Part shown: positions 1 through 7,851 of the stretch, in pieces
Layout of the letters: each line of letters begins with the position of its first letter
Numbering within the stretch: the stretch's first letter is position 1
Assembly (NCBI GenBank): GCA_020050845.1
Contig: JAGVJZ010000027.1
Span: 3,331-67,330 of the forward strand
Origin: Gammaproteobacteria bacterium
Lineage (GTDB): Bacteria; Pseudomonadota; Gammaproteobacteria; UBA6002
Direction of reading: 5' to 3'
DNA: 64,000 nt
Program-made: the position numbers and the translations under genes
The notes under the pieces: model-generated
The model's database searches: none
The model's input: only the letters and a program-made list of their open reading frames with translations
Told to the model about the DNA's origin: nothing

Positions 1-1
1 A

Positions 2-355
2 GGGGTCTTAGATGCAACTGCTCGAGTGACAATCCAAATGTGTCATCGTTATGGCGCCTTCATTACTGTTTCTTACATCATACTCTTAGGCTTTTATATA
101 CTTTTTTCAGGGAAAACTTCTGTTCTTAAAAATACTGCAGGTATGGTGCTGTTAATTTTGGGCACTCAGGTTTTCTTGGGAATTTTAAATATTGCAACCT
201 CTTTATATTTACCCATTGCAGTTACTCACAACGCCGTCGCCTTATTACTTTTGTTATCGATGATTACCCTTCGTTATCAATTAACGGCGCCAGCGTATGA
301 GCGAATTGCAGTCGCTAAAAATGAAGCTTTCATTGCGGGAGAATTTTCATCATGA
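2..355 (+). CDS. C-terminal fragment of heme A synthase (CtaA/COX15-like); the 5' end lies outside the window
   Basis: Open frame runs from the window edge. The hydrophobic helices carry the conserved His motif (LPIAVTHNAVALLL) typical of the CtaA C-terminal half. It sits directly upstream of and overlaps ctaB. Confidence 0.45.
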   Translation, partial: GVLDATARVTIQMCHRYGAFITVSYIILLGFYILFSGKTSVLKNTAGMVLLILGTQVFLGILNIATSLYLPIAVTHNAVALLLLLSMITLRYQLTAPAYERIAVAKNEAFIAGEFSS

Positions 356-1227
356 AGTTTCACTCAGCGTGGCGAAATTATTACGAATTATGTAAACCAA
401 GAGTAGTTGCTTTGATGCTGTTGACTTCATTAGTTGGCATGCTTTTGGCGACAGATGAAATTCCTTGGCGCATTTTGTTTTTAGGCACAATTGGTATCGG
501 TTTATCTGCTGGTGCTGGTGGAGTTTTAAATCAATTAATCGATCGAAAGATTGATAGTGTTATGGGTAGGACTAAGCGAAGGCCCATACCAGCGGGCACT
601 GTTTCCCCAAAAAAAGCAGCTATTTTTGCTTTTTGCTTAAGTTTGGTTGGAATGTCGATATTGGTTTTTTTTGTTAATGCGCTGACTGCCGTGCTGACTT
701 TTATTACCTTAATTGGTTATGCATTTATTTACACTGTTTTTCTTAAAAGAGCGACGCCGCAAAATATTGTTATTGGTGGCTTAGCGGGTGCAACACCACC
801 CCTTTTGGGCTGGACCTCAGTGACTAATTCAGTAGATGCTTCTGTGTTGCTATTAGTCTTATTAATTTTTACTTGGACGCCCCCTCATTTTTGGGCACTT
901 GCAATTGCTCGGTATGAAGAATACGAAAAAGCTGAGATACCGATGTTACCGGTTACTCATGGTATTCGCTTTACCAAATTATGCATTGTTCTGTACACCG
1001 TTTTGATGGTCCTGATATCAGTCCTGCCGTATGTCGTGAATTTAAGCGGTATTATTTATTTAGCCGGAGCTTTAGTTTTAGGGACGATTTTTATAATAAA
1101 AAGTGTTGCTCTATATAAGAGCGATAGTCGTGAGGTTGCGATGAACACATTTTATTTTTCCATTTTTTACTTAATGGTCATGTTCTTTATATTGTTGATT
1201 GATCATTATTACTTTATATGCCAATAG
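352..1227 (+). CDS. ctaB: Protoheme IX farnesyltransferase (heme O synthase, UbiA family)
   Basis: 291 aa polytopic membrane protein with a UbiA-type prenyltransferase signature. Its ATGA start overlaps the upstream ORF, and a SCO1 gene follows. Confidence 0.85.
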   Translation: MKFHSAWRNYYELCKPRVVALMLLTSLVGMLLATDEIPWRILFLGTIGIGLSAGAGGVLNQLIDRKIDSVMGRTKRRPIPAGTVSPKKAAIFAFCLSLVGMSILVFFVNALTAVLTFITLIGYAFIYTVFLKRATPQNIVIGGLAGATPPLLGWTSVTNSVDASVLLLVLLIFTWTPPHFWALAIARYEEYEKAEIPMLPVTHGIRFTKLCIVLYTVLMVLISVLPYVVNLSGIIYLAGALVLGTIFIIKSVALYKSDSREVAMNTFYFSIFYLMVMFFILLIDHYYFICQ

Positions 1228-1238
1228 GAGATGTATGA

Positions 1239-1889
1239 ATGTCTAAGAGTAATGCTAAACGCCAAATTTTATATGTTGGAGTTGCTTTCGCATTAATTGC
1301 GCTGTTGTTCGGAGCTTGGTCTCAATTTAACTTACATAATAAGGGGCCCAAAGAGTTAGTGTTAAAAAATGGCACTGCTTTTCCGCAACCTCGTATTATT
1401 GAACAATTTGCTCTACAAAACGCACCAAACGGTACGCCGTTTACTAATGAACAACTCAAAGGTCATTGGAGCATGATGTTTTTTGGTTTCACACATTGTG
1501 CGAGTTTATGTCCTACCACCTTAACTACGCTGAATCGATTTTATCAAACGTTAGAAACTGCAAATTTTAAAAATCTACCACAAGTAATATTTGTTTCTAT
1601 CGATCCAGAACGAGATGATCTTAATCGTATTGCAACCTATGTGACTTCATTTAATAAGAATTTTCAGGGCGCAACAGGTGATGAAGAGAAGCTGGATAAG
1701 TTAACTGATGAATTAAATATTCTTTTTACCAAAGTTAATCCTAATAAGGATGAAGATTATCAAATTGATCATAGTGGGACAGTATTACTGTTTGATCCGC
1801 AAGGACATTTGGCAGGATTATTTTCACCACCTATTGAAGCAAATGCTTTGGCAGAGGATTACCAAGCAATTGTTAAAAGCAAATCATAA
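1239..1889 (+). CDS. SCO1/SenC copper chaperone for cytochrome oxidase assembly
   Basis: N-terminal TM anchor and a thioredoxin-like fold with a CxxxC motif (HCASLCP). Confidence 0.8.
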   Translation: MSKSNAKRQILYVGVAFALIALLFGAWSQFNLHNKGPKELVLKNGTAFPQPRIIEQFALQNAPNGTPFTNEQLKGHWSMMFFGFTHCASLCPTTLTTLNRFYQTLETANFKNLPQVIFVSIDPERDDLNRIATYVTSFNKNFQGATGDEEKLDKLTDELNILFTKVNPNKDEDYQIDHSGTVLLFDPQGHLAGLFSPPIEANALAEDYQAIVKSKS

Positions 1890-1903
1890 GGATTTTGTAA
1901 CTG

Positions 1904-2362
1904 ATGCGTTGTAAGCTGATATGGATTAGTCTGCTACTAGTTGTATTTTTAAGTGCTTGTAAGCCAGATGCAGTTGATATTTATGGTCGACCCATTCAGA
2001 TGTCTAATTACAAAGGACGTTGGGTCGTCATAAATTATTGGGCCACTTGGTGCACACCTTGTATTAGTGAAATTGCAGAATTAATTAAACTCAAAACTTA
2101 TTATCCGCAAGTGGTAATTTTGGGAGTAAATCCAGATAATCTGGATAAAAATGTTTTACAACAGTTGTCTCAAGATTATGGCGTTAATTATGACTTTTTA
2201 ACTGAATTTCCAATTGAAGATTGGGGTGGCAAGAAGCCAACAGACTTACCGGTTACCTTTATCATTTCTCCCAAAGGAAAACTCTACCAAACTCTAGTAG
2301 GCCCACAAACGCTAAGCAGTTTTCAATCCGTCATGAATCTTCCCCCCATTACTTATCAATAG
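1904..2362 (+). CDS. TlpA-like thiol:disulfide oxidoreductase lipoprotein (redoxin)
   Basis: Lipobox LSAC and a WCTPC active site. TlpA proteins are known to reduce Sco1/CoxB. Confidence 0.7.
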   Translation: MRCKLIWISLLLVVFLSACKPDAVDIYGRPIQMSNYKGRWVVINYWATWCTPCISEIAELIKLKTYYPQVVILGVNPDNLDKNVLQQLSQDYGVNYDFLTEFPIEDWGGKKPTDLPVTFIISPKGKLYQTLVGPQTLSSFQSVMNLPPITYQ

Positions 2363-2370
2363 GAATAACA

Positions 2371-2652
2371 ATGCCGAAAGTGTGTAAACATTTTTATGTC
2401 AGTGGCAGAGTTCAAAACGTCTTCTTTCGAGATTCCACCCGTAAAAAAGCTCAAGAGTTGTCACTATGTGGTTGGGTAAGAAATTTGGCGGATAGAAGAG
2501 TAGAAGTGTTAGCCTGTGGTGACGAGGAAAATGTTAAAGCTTTAGCAAAATGGTTATGGCAGGGTCCTCCTGCTGCGAAGGTCACGGAGGTGCTTGAAAC
2601 TGACCATGAAATAATTGATCACGCTGAATTTTCGATTAAATACGATGACTAA
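2371..2652 (+). CDS. acyP: Acylphosphatase
   Basis: 93 aa with the VSGRVQNVFFR acylphosphatase signature. The ORF-track 5' extension (2221-2370) overlaps the previous gene and is not used. Confidence 0.8.
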   Translation: MPKVCKHFYVSGRVQNVFFRDSTRKKAQELSLCGWVRNLADRRVEVLACGDEENVKALAKWLWQGPPAAKVTEVLETDHEIIDHAEFSIKYDD

Positions 2653-3950
2653 TTTATAGGAAATTTTGCAATAAGATAAAGAGGGTAATTACAAATATCA
2701 TGATCTTGATTTAAATTTAATAAAGTAGCACGTGACACAAAGGGTAGATCATATTTTTCTTGATAAACCCGTAAGCTTTTATGTTTTGTTCTGCTGCCTG
2801 CTTTTACTTCCAAAGGTAAAATTTGATCATCGATAGCAACTACAAAATCTACTTCTGACCTTCCTTCGCTAGTCCAATAGTATAGTTTATCGTCAAATTT
2901 TGCTTTGAGTTCCTGTGCGACATAATTTTCGGTTAAAGCGCCTTTAAATTCTGTAAACAAGTTATCACCTTCAACAATAATTTTAGGCATTAATTGACTC
3001 ATAGCGCCAAGTAAACCCACATCTACTAAAAAAACTTTAAAAATATTTTTATCCGCATAACTATTAATAGGTAATCGTGGTGTCGAGACATGAAAGGATT
3101 TATAGATTAGTCCAGCATCAGTTAGCCACTGTAAAGCAGTTTCATATTCGCGTGCACGAGCACTTTTACTTAGAGCTGAAAAAATAAATTTTTTATTTTC
3201 CTTGGCTAGCTGCCCTGGTATTGACTCCCAAATAGTTGTTATTTTCATGATTTCATTGGCTGGAGCATGTTTAGCGAAATCTGCTAAGTAGCCATTCAAA
3301 ATTTCTTGATGTACGGAGCGCACTAAATAAAAATCGTTTGTATCAATATATGTTTTTACAGCTTCTGGCATACCGCCAACGACCAAATAGTACTTTAATA
3401 TACTAATTAATTGTTCATGAATAGGTACTGGCAAAGGTTCAAAGCTTTTAAGTTTCTCCAAAAATTCTCTTAGTTTTTGCTTGCCGATAGCATCGAGAAA
3501 TTCAAAAAAATTTAATGGGTATAAATCTAAAAAATTTATTTTCCCTACAGGAAACCCTTTATCCCTCACTAACTTGACGCCTAGTAATGAACCCGCCGCA
3601 ATGATATCGATATCATTTGCTTGTTCATTAAAGTACTTAAGACTCGTTAAAGCATTAGGGCATTCCTGAATTTCATCGAATATAACTAAGCTAGTTTCCG
3701 GTTTAATTTGTTTGTCTAGATATAAGTTAAGATTTTGGATAATAATTTGCGGGTTCAAATTGCCATTAAAGAAATCTTTTAAAGTCGGATTTTCCTCAAA
3801 ATTTAGATAACAAAAATCCTGATACTCTTTCTTAGCAAATTCTTTTAATAAATAGGTCTTGCCTACTTGTCTAGCTCCTCGCACAACCAGAGGCTTACGG
3901 CGAGCAGAAGTTTTCCAGGAGAGTAATCGTTCATAAGCGTCACGTTTCAT
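2649..3950 (-). CDS. AAA+ ATPase with C-terminal DUF4143 (COG1373-like orphan ATPase)
   Basis: Walker A GARQVGKT, Walker B DEIQ, and a conserved C-terminal DUF4143-like region. The gene is visibly AT-rich compared with its flanks. Confidence 0.7.
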   Translation of the reverse strand: MKRDAYERLLSWKTSARRKPLVVRGARQVGKTYLLKEFAKKEYQDFCYLNFEENPTLKDFFNGNLNPQIIIQNLNLYLDKQIKPETSLVIFDEIQECPNALTSLKYFNEQANDIDIIAAGSLLGVKLVRDKGFPVGKINFLDLYPLNFFEFLDAIGKQKLREFLEKLKSFEPLPVPIHEQLISILKYYLVVGGMPEAVKTYIDTNDFYLVRSVHQEILNGYLADFAKHAPANEIMKITTIWESIPGQLAKENKKFIFSALSKSARAREYETALQWLTDAGLIYKSFHVSTPRLPINSYADKNIFKVFLVDVGLLGAMSQLMPKIIVEGDNLFTEFKGALTENYVAQELKAKFDDKLYYWTSEGRSEVDFVVAIDDQILPLEVKAGSRTKHKSLRVYQEKYDLPFVSRATLLNLNQDHDICNYPLYLIAKFPIN

Positions 3951-3969
3951 AATTACATCTTATCAAAAC

Positions 3970-4070
3970 GTGATATTAATCACAATATTCCTTCGGAAAA
4001 AGTGATAATTTTCACATTATTCGTACCAAAAACGTGATGATTATCACGTTTTTCGAACGAATAATGTGAT
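3970..4070. promoter_or_regulatory. Operator-like array of three GTGA-N6-TCAC palindromes plus a GTGAT half-site in the promoter of the DUF4143 ATPase gene
   Basis: GTGATATTAATCAC at 3970-3983, GTGATAATTTTCAC at 4002-4015, and AAAAACGTGATGATTATCACGTTTTT at 4028-4053. Their centres are 32 bp apart. A GTGAT half-site lies at 4066-4070. Confidence 0.4.
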
Positions 4071-4090
4071 AGTCTGGGTAACAGTTTGTA

Positions 4091-4633
4091 TTAAAAGGAG
4101 TTTTTGATTTTCAAAATCCCAGCCACCGCGTGAGCTAAATCAGGATAAATAGGCAATTCAATACCATTAAGTTCTTCCACTGTTCGATGGCCATTACCAG
4201 TCAGCACTAAAACAGGATTGGCTTTGACAGTCAGTGCCGCTTGGATATCGCGTAATGAATCACCAATGCAGATAGCTTGCTCAAGAGGTTGCTGGAAATG
4301 TTCTGCTATTTCTTTGAACATTCCCGCTTGGGGTTTTCGACAGAGACAGTTGTCTTCAGGTAAATGTGGGCAATAGAATATTCCATCCACAGTGGCACCA
4401 TGCTGTGCTAGGGCATCGGTCATTTTTGAATGGATTTTTTTCAAAGTGGCTTCATTATACAGTCCTCTGGCAAGGCCAGATTGGTTGGTTGCTATCGCAA
4501 CGATAAAGCCTGCTTTTTTTAATTTTGCGATTGCTTCGAGGCTTCCTGGAATAGGTAGCCATTCATCTGGTGTCTTAATATAAGCATGAGACTCTTCATT
4601 GATAACTCCGTCCCGGTCCAAAATAATTAACAT
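4091..4633 (-). CDS. gmhB: D-glycero-beta-D-manno-heptose-1,7-bisphosphate 7-phosphatase (HAD family)
   Basis: N-terminal DRDGVIN HAD motif and a size of 180 aa. Confidence 0.8.
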   Translation of the reverse strand: MLIILDRDGVINEESHAYIKTPDEWLPIPGSLEAIAKLKKAGFIVAIATNQSGLARGLYNEATLKKIHSKMTDALAQHGATVDGIFYCPHLPEDNCLCRKPQAGMFKEIAEHFQQPLEQAICIGDSLRDIQAALTVKANPVLVLTGNGHRTVEELNGIELPIYPDLAHAVAGILKIKNSF

Positions 4634-5586
4634 GGTTCACCTAAAATTGTTATGTGGAGTTTGATTTGGTCACCCCTCGCGTTGAGAAAATCGTTAACGC
4701 TTATGGGTTTGCCTCCTGGCAGTTGTATTTTTTTTAAGTAAATACTTCCTCTTTGAGTGGCCACTTCAATGCCATGATGATCGATGCCAATGACTTTCCC
4801 TGCGACTTCTTCTGAGAGGCTGGTGTTGGCAATTTCTGCTTCCCAAATTTTGAACAGATTGCCATTGAGATAAGTAAATGCAACGGGCCAAGGATTAAAA
4901 GCCCGGATGTGACGATCAATTCGCTGAGCGCAATCGTGCCAATTAATGCGCGCTTCTTCTTTGGTAATTTTGGCTGCATAAGTGGCAAGAGTATTGTCCT
5001 GCGCAATTGGGGTAATGTGCTGCCTGCTTAACTCTTCAAGTGTTGTTAATAAACTTTTGGCGCCAAGTTCAGCTAGGTTGTCGTGTATGGTTTGGGCGCT
5101 ATCTTGAGGTGCTATGTGATAATTTTCTTTGTGCAACATGGCGCCAGTGTCTAAACCTTCATCAATCTGCATGATTGTGACCCCGGTGACCTCATCTCCT
5201 GCTAGCAAAGCTCGTTGGATAGGCGCTGCACCTCGCCACCTTGGAAGTAAAGAAGCATGTATGTTAATACAGCCATATTTAAAAAAAGGAAAAATCTCTT
5301 TGGGAAGTATCAAGCCATAGGCAATCACTATCATCACGTCCGCTCTAAAACCGCTAAGTTGCCTTTGGGTGTCTGCATCCTTTAAATTAACAGGTTGAAG
5401 AATAGGGACTTGGGGATAGCGTTCGATGCATAGTTTCTTGACAGCGCTTGGTTGCAACTTTAAGCCACGACCAGAAGGACTGTCAGGTTTGGTGTACACA
5501 GCGCAAACGGTGTGATGTTTCATTAAAGCTTCTAATGAAGGACATGCAAATTCGGGAGTCCCCGCAAAAACAATCCTTAAGCTCAT
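4627..5586 (-). CDS. fmt: Methionyl-tRNA formyltransferase
   Basis: N-terminal formyltransferase domain (IVFAGTPEFA) plus a C-terminal domain. Conserved def-fmt pair. Confidence 0.9.
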   Translation of the reverse strand: MSLRIVFAGTPEFACPSLEALMKHHTVCAVYTKPDSPSGRGLKLQPSAVKKLCIERYPQVPILQPVNLKDADTQRQLSGFRADVMIVIAYGLILPKEIFPFFKYGCINIHASLLPRWRGAAPIQRALLAGDEVTGVTIMQIDEGLDTGAMLHKENYHIAPQDSAQTIHDNLAELGAKSLLTTLEELSRQHITPIAQDNTLATYAAKITKEEARINWHDCAQRIDRHIRAFNPWPVAFTYLNGNLFKIWEAEIANTSLSEEVAGKVIGIDHHGIEVATQRGSIYLKKIQLPGGKPISVNDFLNARGDQIKLHITILGEPC

Positions 5587-6125
5587 TAATCATCAGCCCA
5601 TTTTTTTAACTTAGAAAGCTTTTTATCGATCCGTTGTCTTTTAAGCCGTGAAAGCCGATCAATAAAAATAATACCATTAAGATGGTCAATTTCGTGTTGT
5701 AAGAGCTTTGCCATATAACCTTCACCCTCTATTTCAAAGGGTTTACCCTCACGATCAAATGCCTTAACGATTACTTTATAAGCACGTGTAGTAATTACTT
5801 CATAAACGCCACCAGGGACAGACATACAACCTTCAGGTTCTTCGAGTTGACCTTCGCTGAAGATAACTTCAGGATTGATCAGACAAAGTGCGGCATCCTT
5901 AGGAGGATCGCGTTGTGCCAAACGGTAGTCATAAAGAACGGTAATTTTTTTAGGATGTTCAAACGCCAGTTGAGTGGCGGCCAGCCCGGCACAATTCTCA
6001 GTGTTATGAAGTGTTTCGAGCATATCATCAACAACTTTTTGTAACTCTTCTCCAAAATCAGTTACATACTCTCCCGTCTTTCCTAATCGGGCATCAGGAT
6101 ATTGTAAGATAGGTACTATTGGCAT
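5586..6125 (-). CDS. def: Peptide deformylase
   Basis: GxGLAAxQ, EGCLS and HEIDHL metal-binding motifs. Confidence 0.9.
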   Translation of the reverse strand: MPIVPILQYPDARLGKTGEYVTDFGEELQKVVDDMLETLHNTENCAGLAATQLAFEHPKKITVLYDYRLAQRDPPKDAALCLINPEVIFSEGQLEEPEGCMSVPGGVYEVITTRAYKVIVKAFDREGKPFEIEGEGYMAKLLQHEIDHLNGIIFIDRLSRLKRQRIDKKLSKLKKWADD

Positions 6126-6271
6126 GTTTGTTTCTCAAAATTAAATAAAGACTGACAAGAAATTAGGCTAAAAAAATCCTGTCGTCAATCCCTTAAGTTG
6201 GCTAATCTCATAAAACTACAGTGATTTTCACAGTATCGTCAATCTACTTCTTGTTTTGTTACATTGCTCTT

Positions 6272-7378
6272 ATGAAACTAACTATTGACGAACTTTCATA
6301 TTGGCTAGCCCTAGTTAAGGTACCTCGTTTAGGTCCTCGAGGGGTTTTCAAACTTTTGAAAAACGTTGGAGAAATAAAGGAGCTATTTAGTCGAGATCGA
6401 GGTTTCTACGAAACGTTTGGGCTTTCAGCTGAACAAATAAAACATTTCATGTCTCCCAGTTGGCAGAGCGTGGAAGCAGACCTTAACTGGTGCGATTGTG
6501 GAGTTGACCATAATATCTTGTCGATTATTTGTGAGGACTATCCTAAACAACTGCTCACTATTCCAGACCCACCCCCCATCATTTATGTCGCAGGCTCCAG
6601 TACTATTTTAAACCAGCTTCAGGTGGCCATCGTTGGTTCACGTCGATCGACTCCAGAAGGCAAAGAAGTTGCTTTTGAAATCGCCAAAAATTTAGCAGAG
6701 CAGGAGATCACTATTACGTCAGGGTTGGCGCGAGGGATTGATACTGCTGCCCACTTGGGAGCATTGAATAGTGGTCGGACAATTGCCGTTATTGGCACTG
6801 GCATTGACGTGACTTATCCACTGTCGAACCATGAATTGGCGGGGCGTATTATCCAAGAAGGTGCGATTATATCTGAATTTAGCTTAGGAACGCCTCCGCT
6901 GCCGGAGCATTTTCCCCAACGTAATCGTCTTATTAGTGGCTTAGCGTTAGGGACTTGTGTAATCGAAGCAGCTGAAAAAAGTGGCTCACTGATTACAGCT
7001 AAATGTGCTGTTGAACAAGGCCGAGAGGTATTCGCTGTTCCAGGCTCGATACGAAATCACCATACAAAGGGGTGTCATCAGCTTATTAAGCAAGGCGCCG
7101 CCTTAGTGACCTGTGCCCAAGATATCTTGCTAGAACTAGGGATTAATTCAAAGAATCAACCGAATTGTTCGCTTGCTGGTAAAATAAGTGAATATTTTGA
7201 ACTTGAAGAGCCTCACCTGAAACTGTTAGAGTGTATTGGTTATGAGCCTGCTAAAATCGATCTTTTAGTTGAGCGTAGTGATTTTTCTGTGAGTCAACTC
7301 GCGCCACTGTTATTAGATCTTGAGCTATCAGGCCACATAACTAGCAGTTACAGCGGTTACCGACGAGTGTCCTACTAA
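6272..7378 (+). CDS. dprA: DNA-protecting protein DprA (Smf)
   Basis: Rossmann-like DprA domain. Start chosen at MKLTIDEL. Conserved divergent position relative to def. Confidence 0.85.
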   Translation: MKLTIDELSYWLALVKVPRLGPRGVFKLLKNVGEIKELFSRDRGFYETFGLSAEQIKHFMSPSWQSVEADLNWCDCGVDHNILSIICEDYPKQLLTIPDPPPIIYVAGSSTILNQLQVAIVGSRRSTPEGKEVAFEIAKNLAEQEITITSGLARGIDTAAHLGALNSGRTIAVIGTGIDVTYPLSNHELAGRIIQEGAIISEFSLGTPPLPEHFPQRNRLISGLALGTCVIEAAEKSGSLITAKCAVEQGREVFAVPGSIRNHHTKGCHQLIKQGAALVTCAQDILLELGINSKNQPNCSLAGKISEYFELEEPHLKLLECIGYEPAKIDLLVERSDFSVSQLAPLLLDLELSGHITSSYSGYRRVSY

Positions 7379-7851
7379 TGAAAGAAGATATGTTTGAAGT
7401 ATTGATGTATTTATTTGAAAATCACATGCAAAGCAGTTGTAGATTGCATGTTACTGAGGACGTGCTGATCGCCGAATTAGAAAAAGCGGGTTTTAATTCC
7501 TTAACCGTCGATAAAGCCTTATGTTGGCTTGATGGTTTACTATTTATCCAGGAACAAACCGTACCATTAGCCTCTTGTAAGTCATTTCGGGTATTTTCAC
7601 CCTATGAAAATCAAAAGCTTAACCTTGAAATTATTAGTTTTCTGCTATCCTTAGAAAATATGGGCATTCTAAATACCATTACCCGTGAACTAGTGATCGA
7701 TCGTTTAATGGCCATCGAAGAGCACGAAATAGATTTACCACAGGTCAAATGGGTAATACTTCTAGTCTTGTTTAACCAGCCAGATGAAGAAGCCGCTTTA
7801 GCATGCATGGAGAACTTGGTTTTAGAAAATACCGCTTATGGGTTACATTAA
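7378..7851 (+). CDS. smg: Smg protein (DUF494)
   Basis: 157 aa. Conserved smg position between dprA and topA, with overlapping stop/start codons. Confidence 0.8.
   Translation: MKEDMFEVLMYLFENHMQSSCRLHVTEDVLIAELEKAGFNSLTVDKALCWLDGLLFIQEQTVPLASCKSFRVFSPYENQKLNLEIISFLLSLENMGILNTITRELVIDRLMAIEEHEIDLPQVKWVILLVLFNQPDEEAALACMENLVLENTAYGLH

Noticed and set aside
2221-2370. 5' extension of the acyP ORF
   Set aside because: It overlaps the 3' end of the TlpA-like gene in another frame. The acylphosphatase family starts at MPKV (2371).
4002-4020. Fur-box-like GATAAT-N6-ATTAT within the second palindrome
   Set aside because: Spacing and half-sites fit the GTGA-N6-TCAC (CRP-like) periodic array better than the 19-bp Fur consensus. 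The target gene has no iron link.
6126-6271. Direct 9-bp repeat TCGTCAATC (twice) in the def/dprA divergent spacer
   Set aside because: It is too short and unsupported to call a binding site, and could occur by chance.
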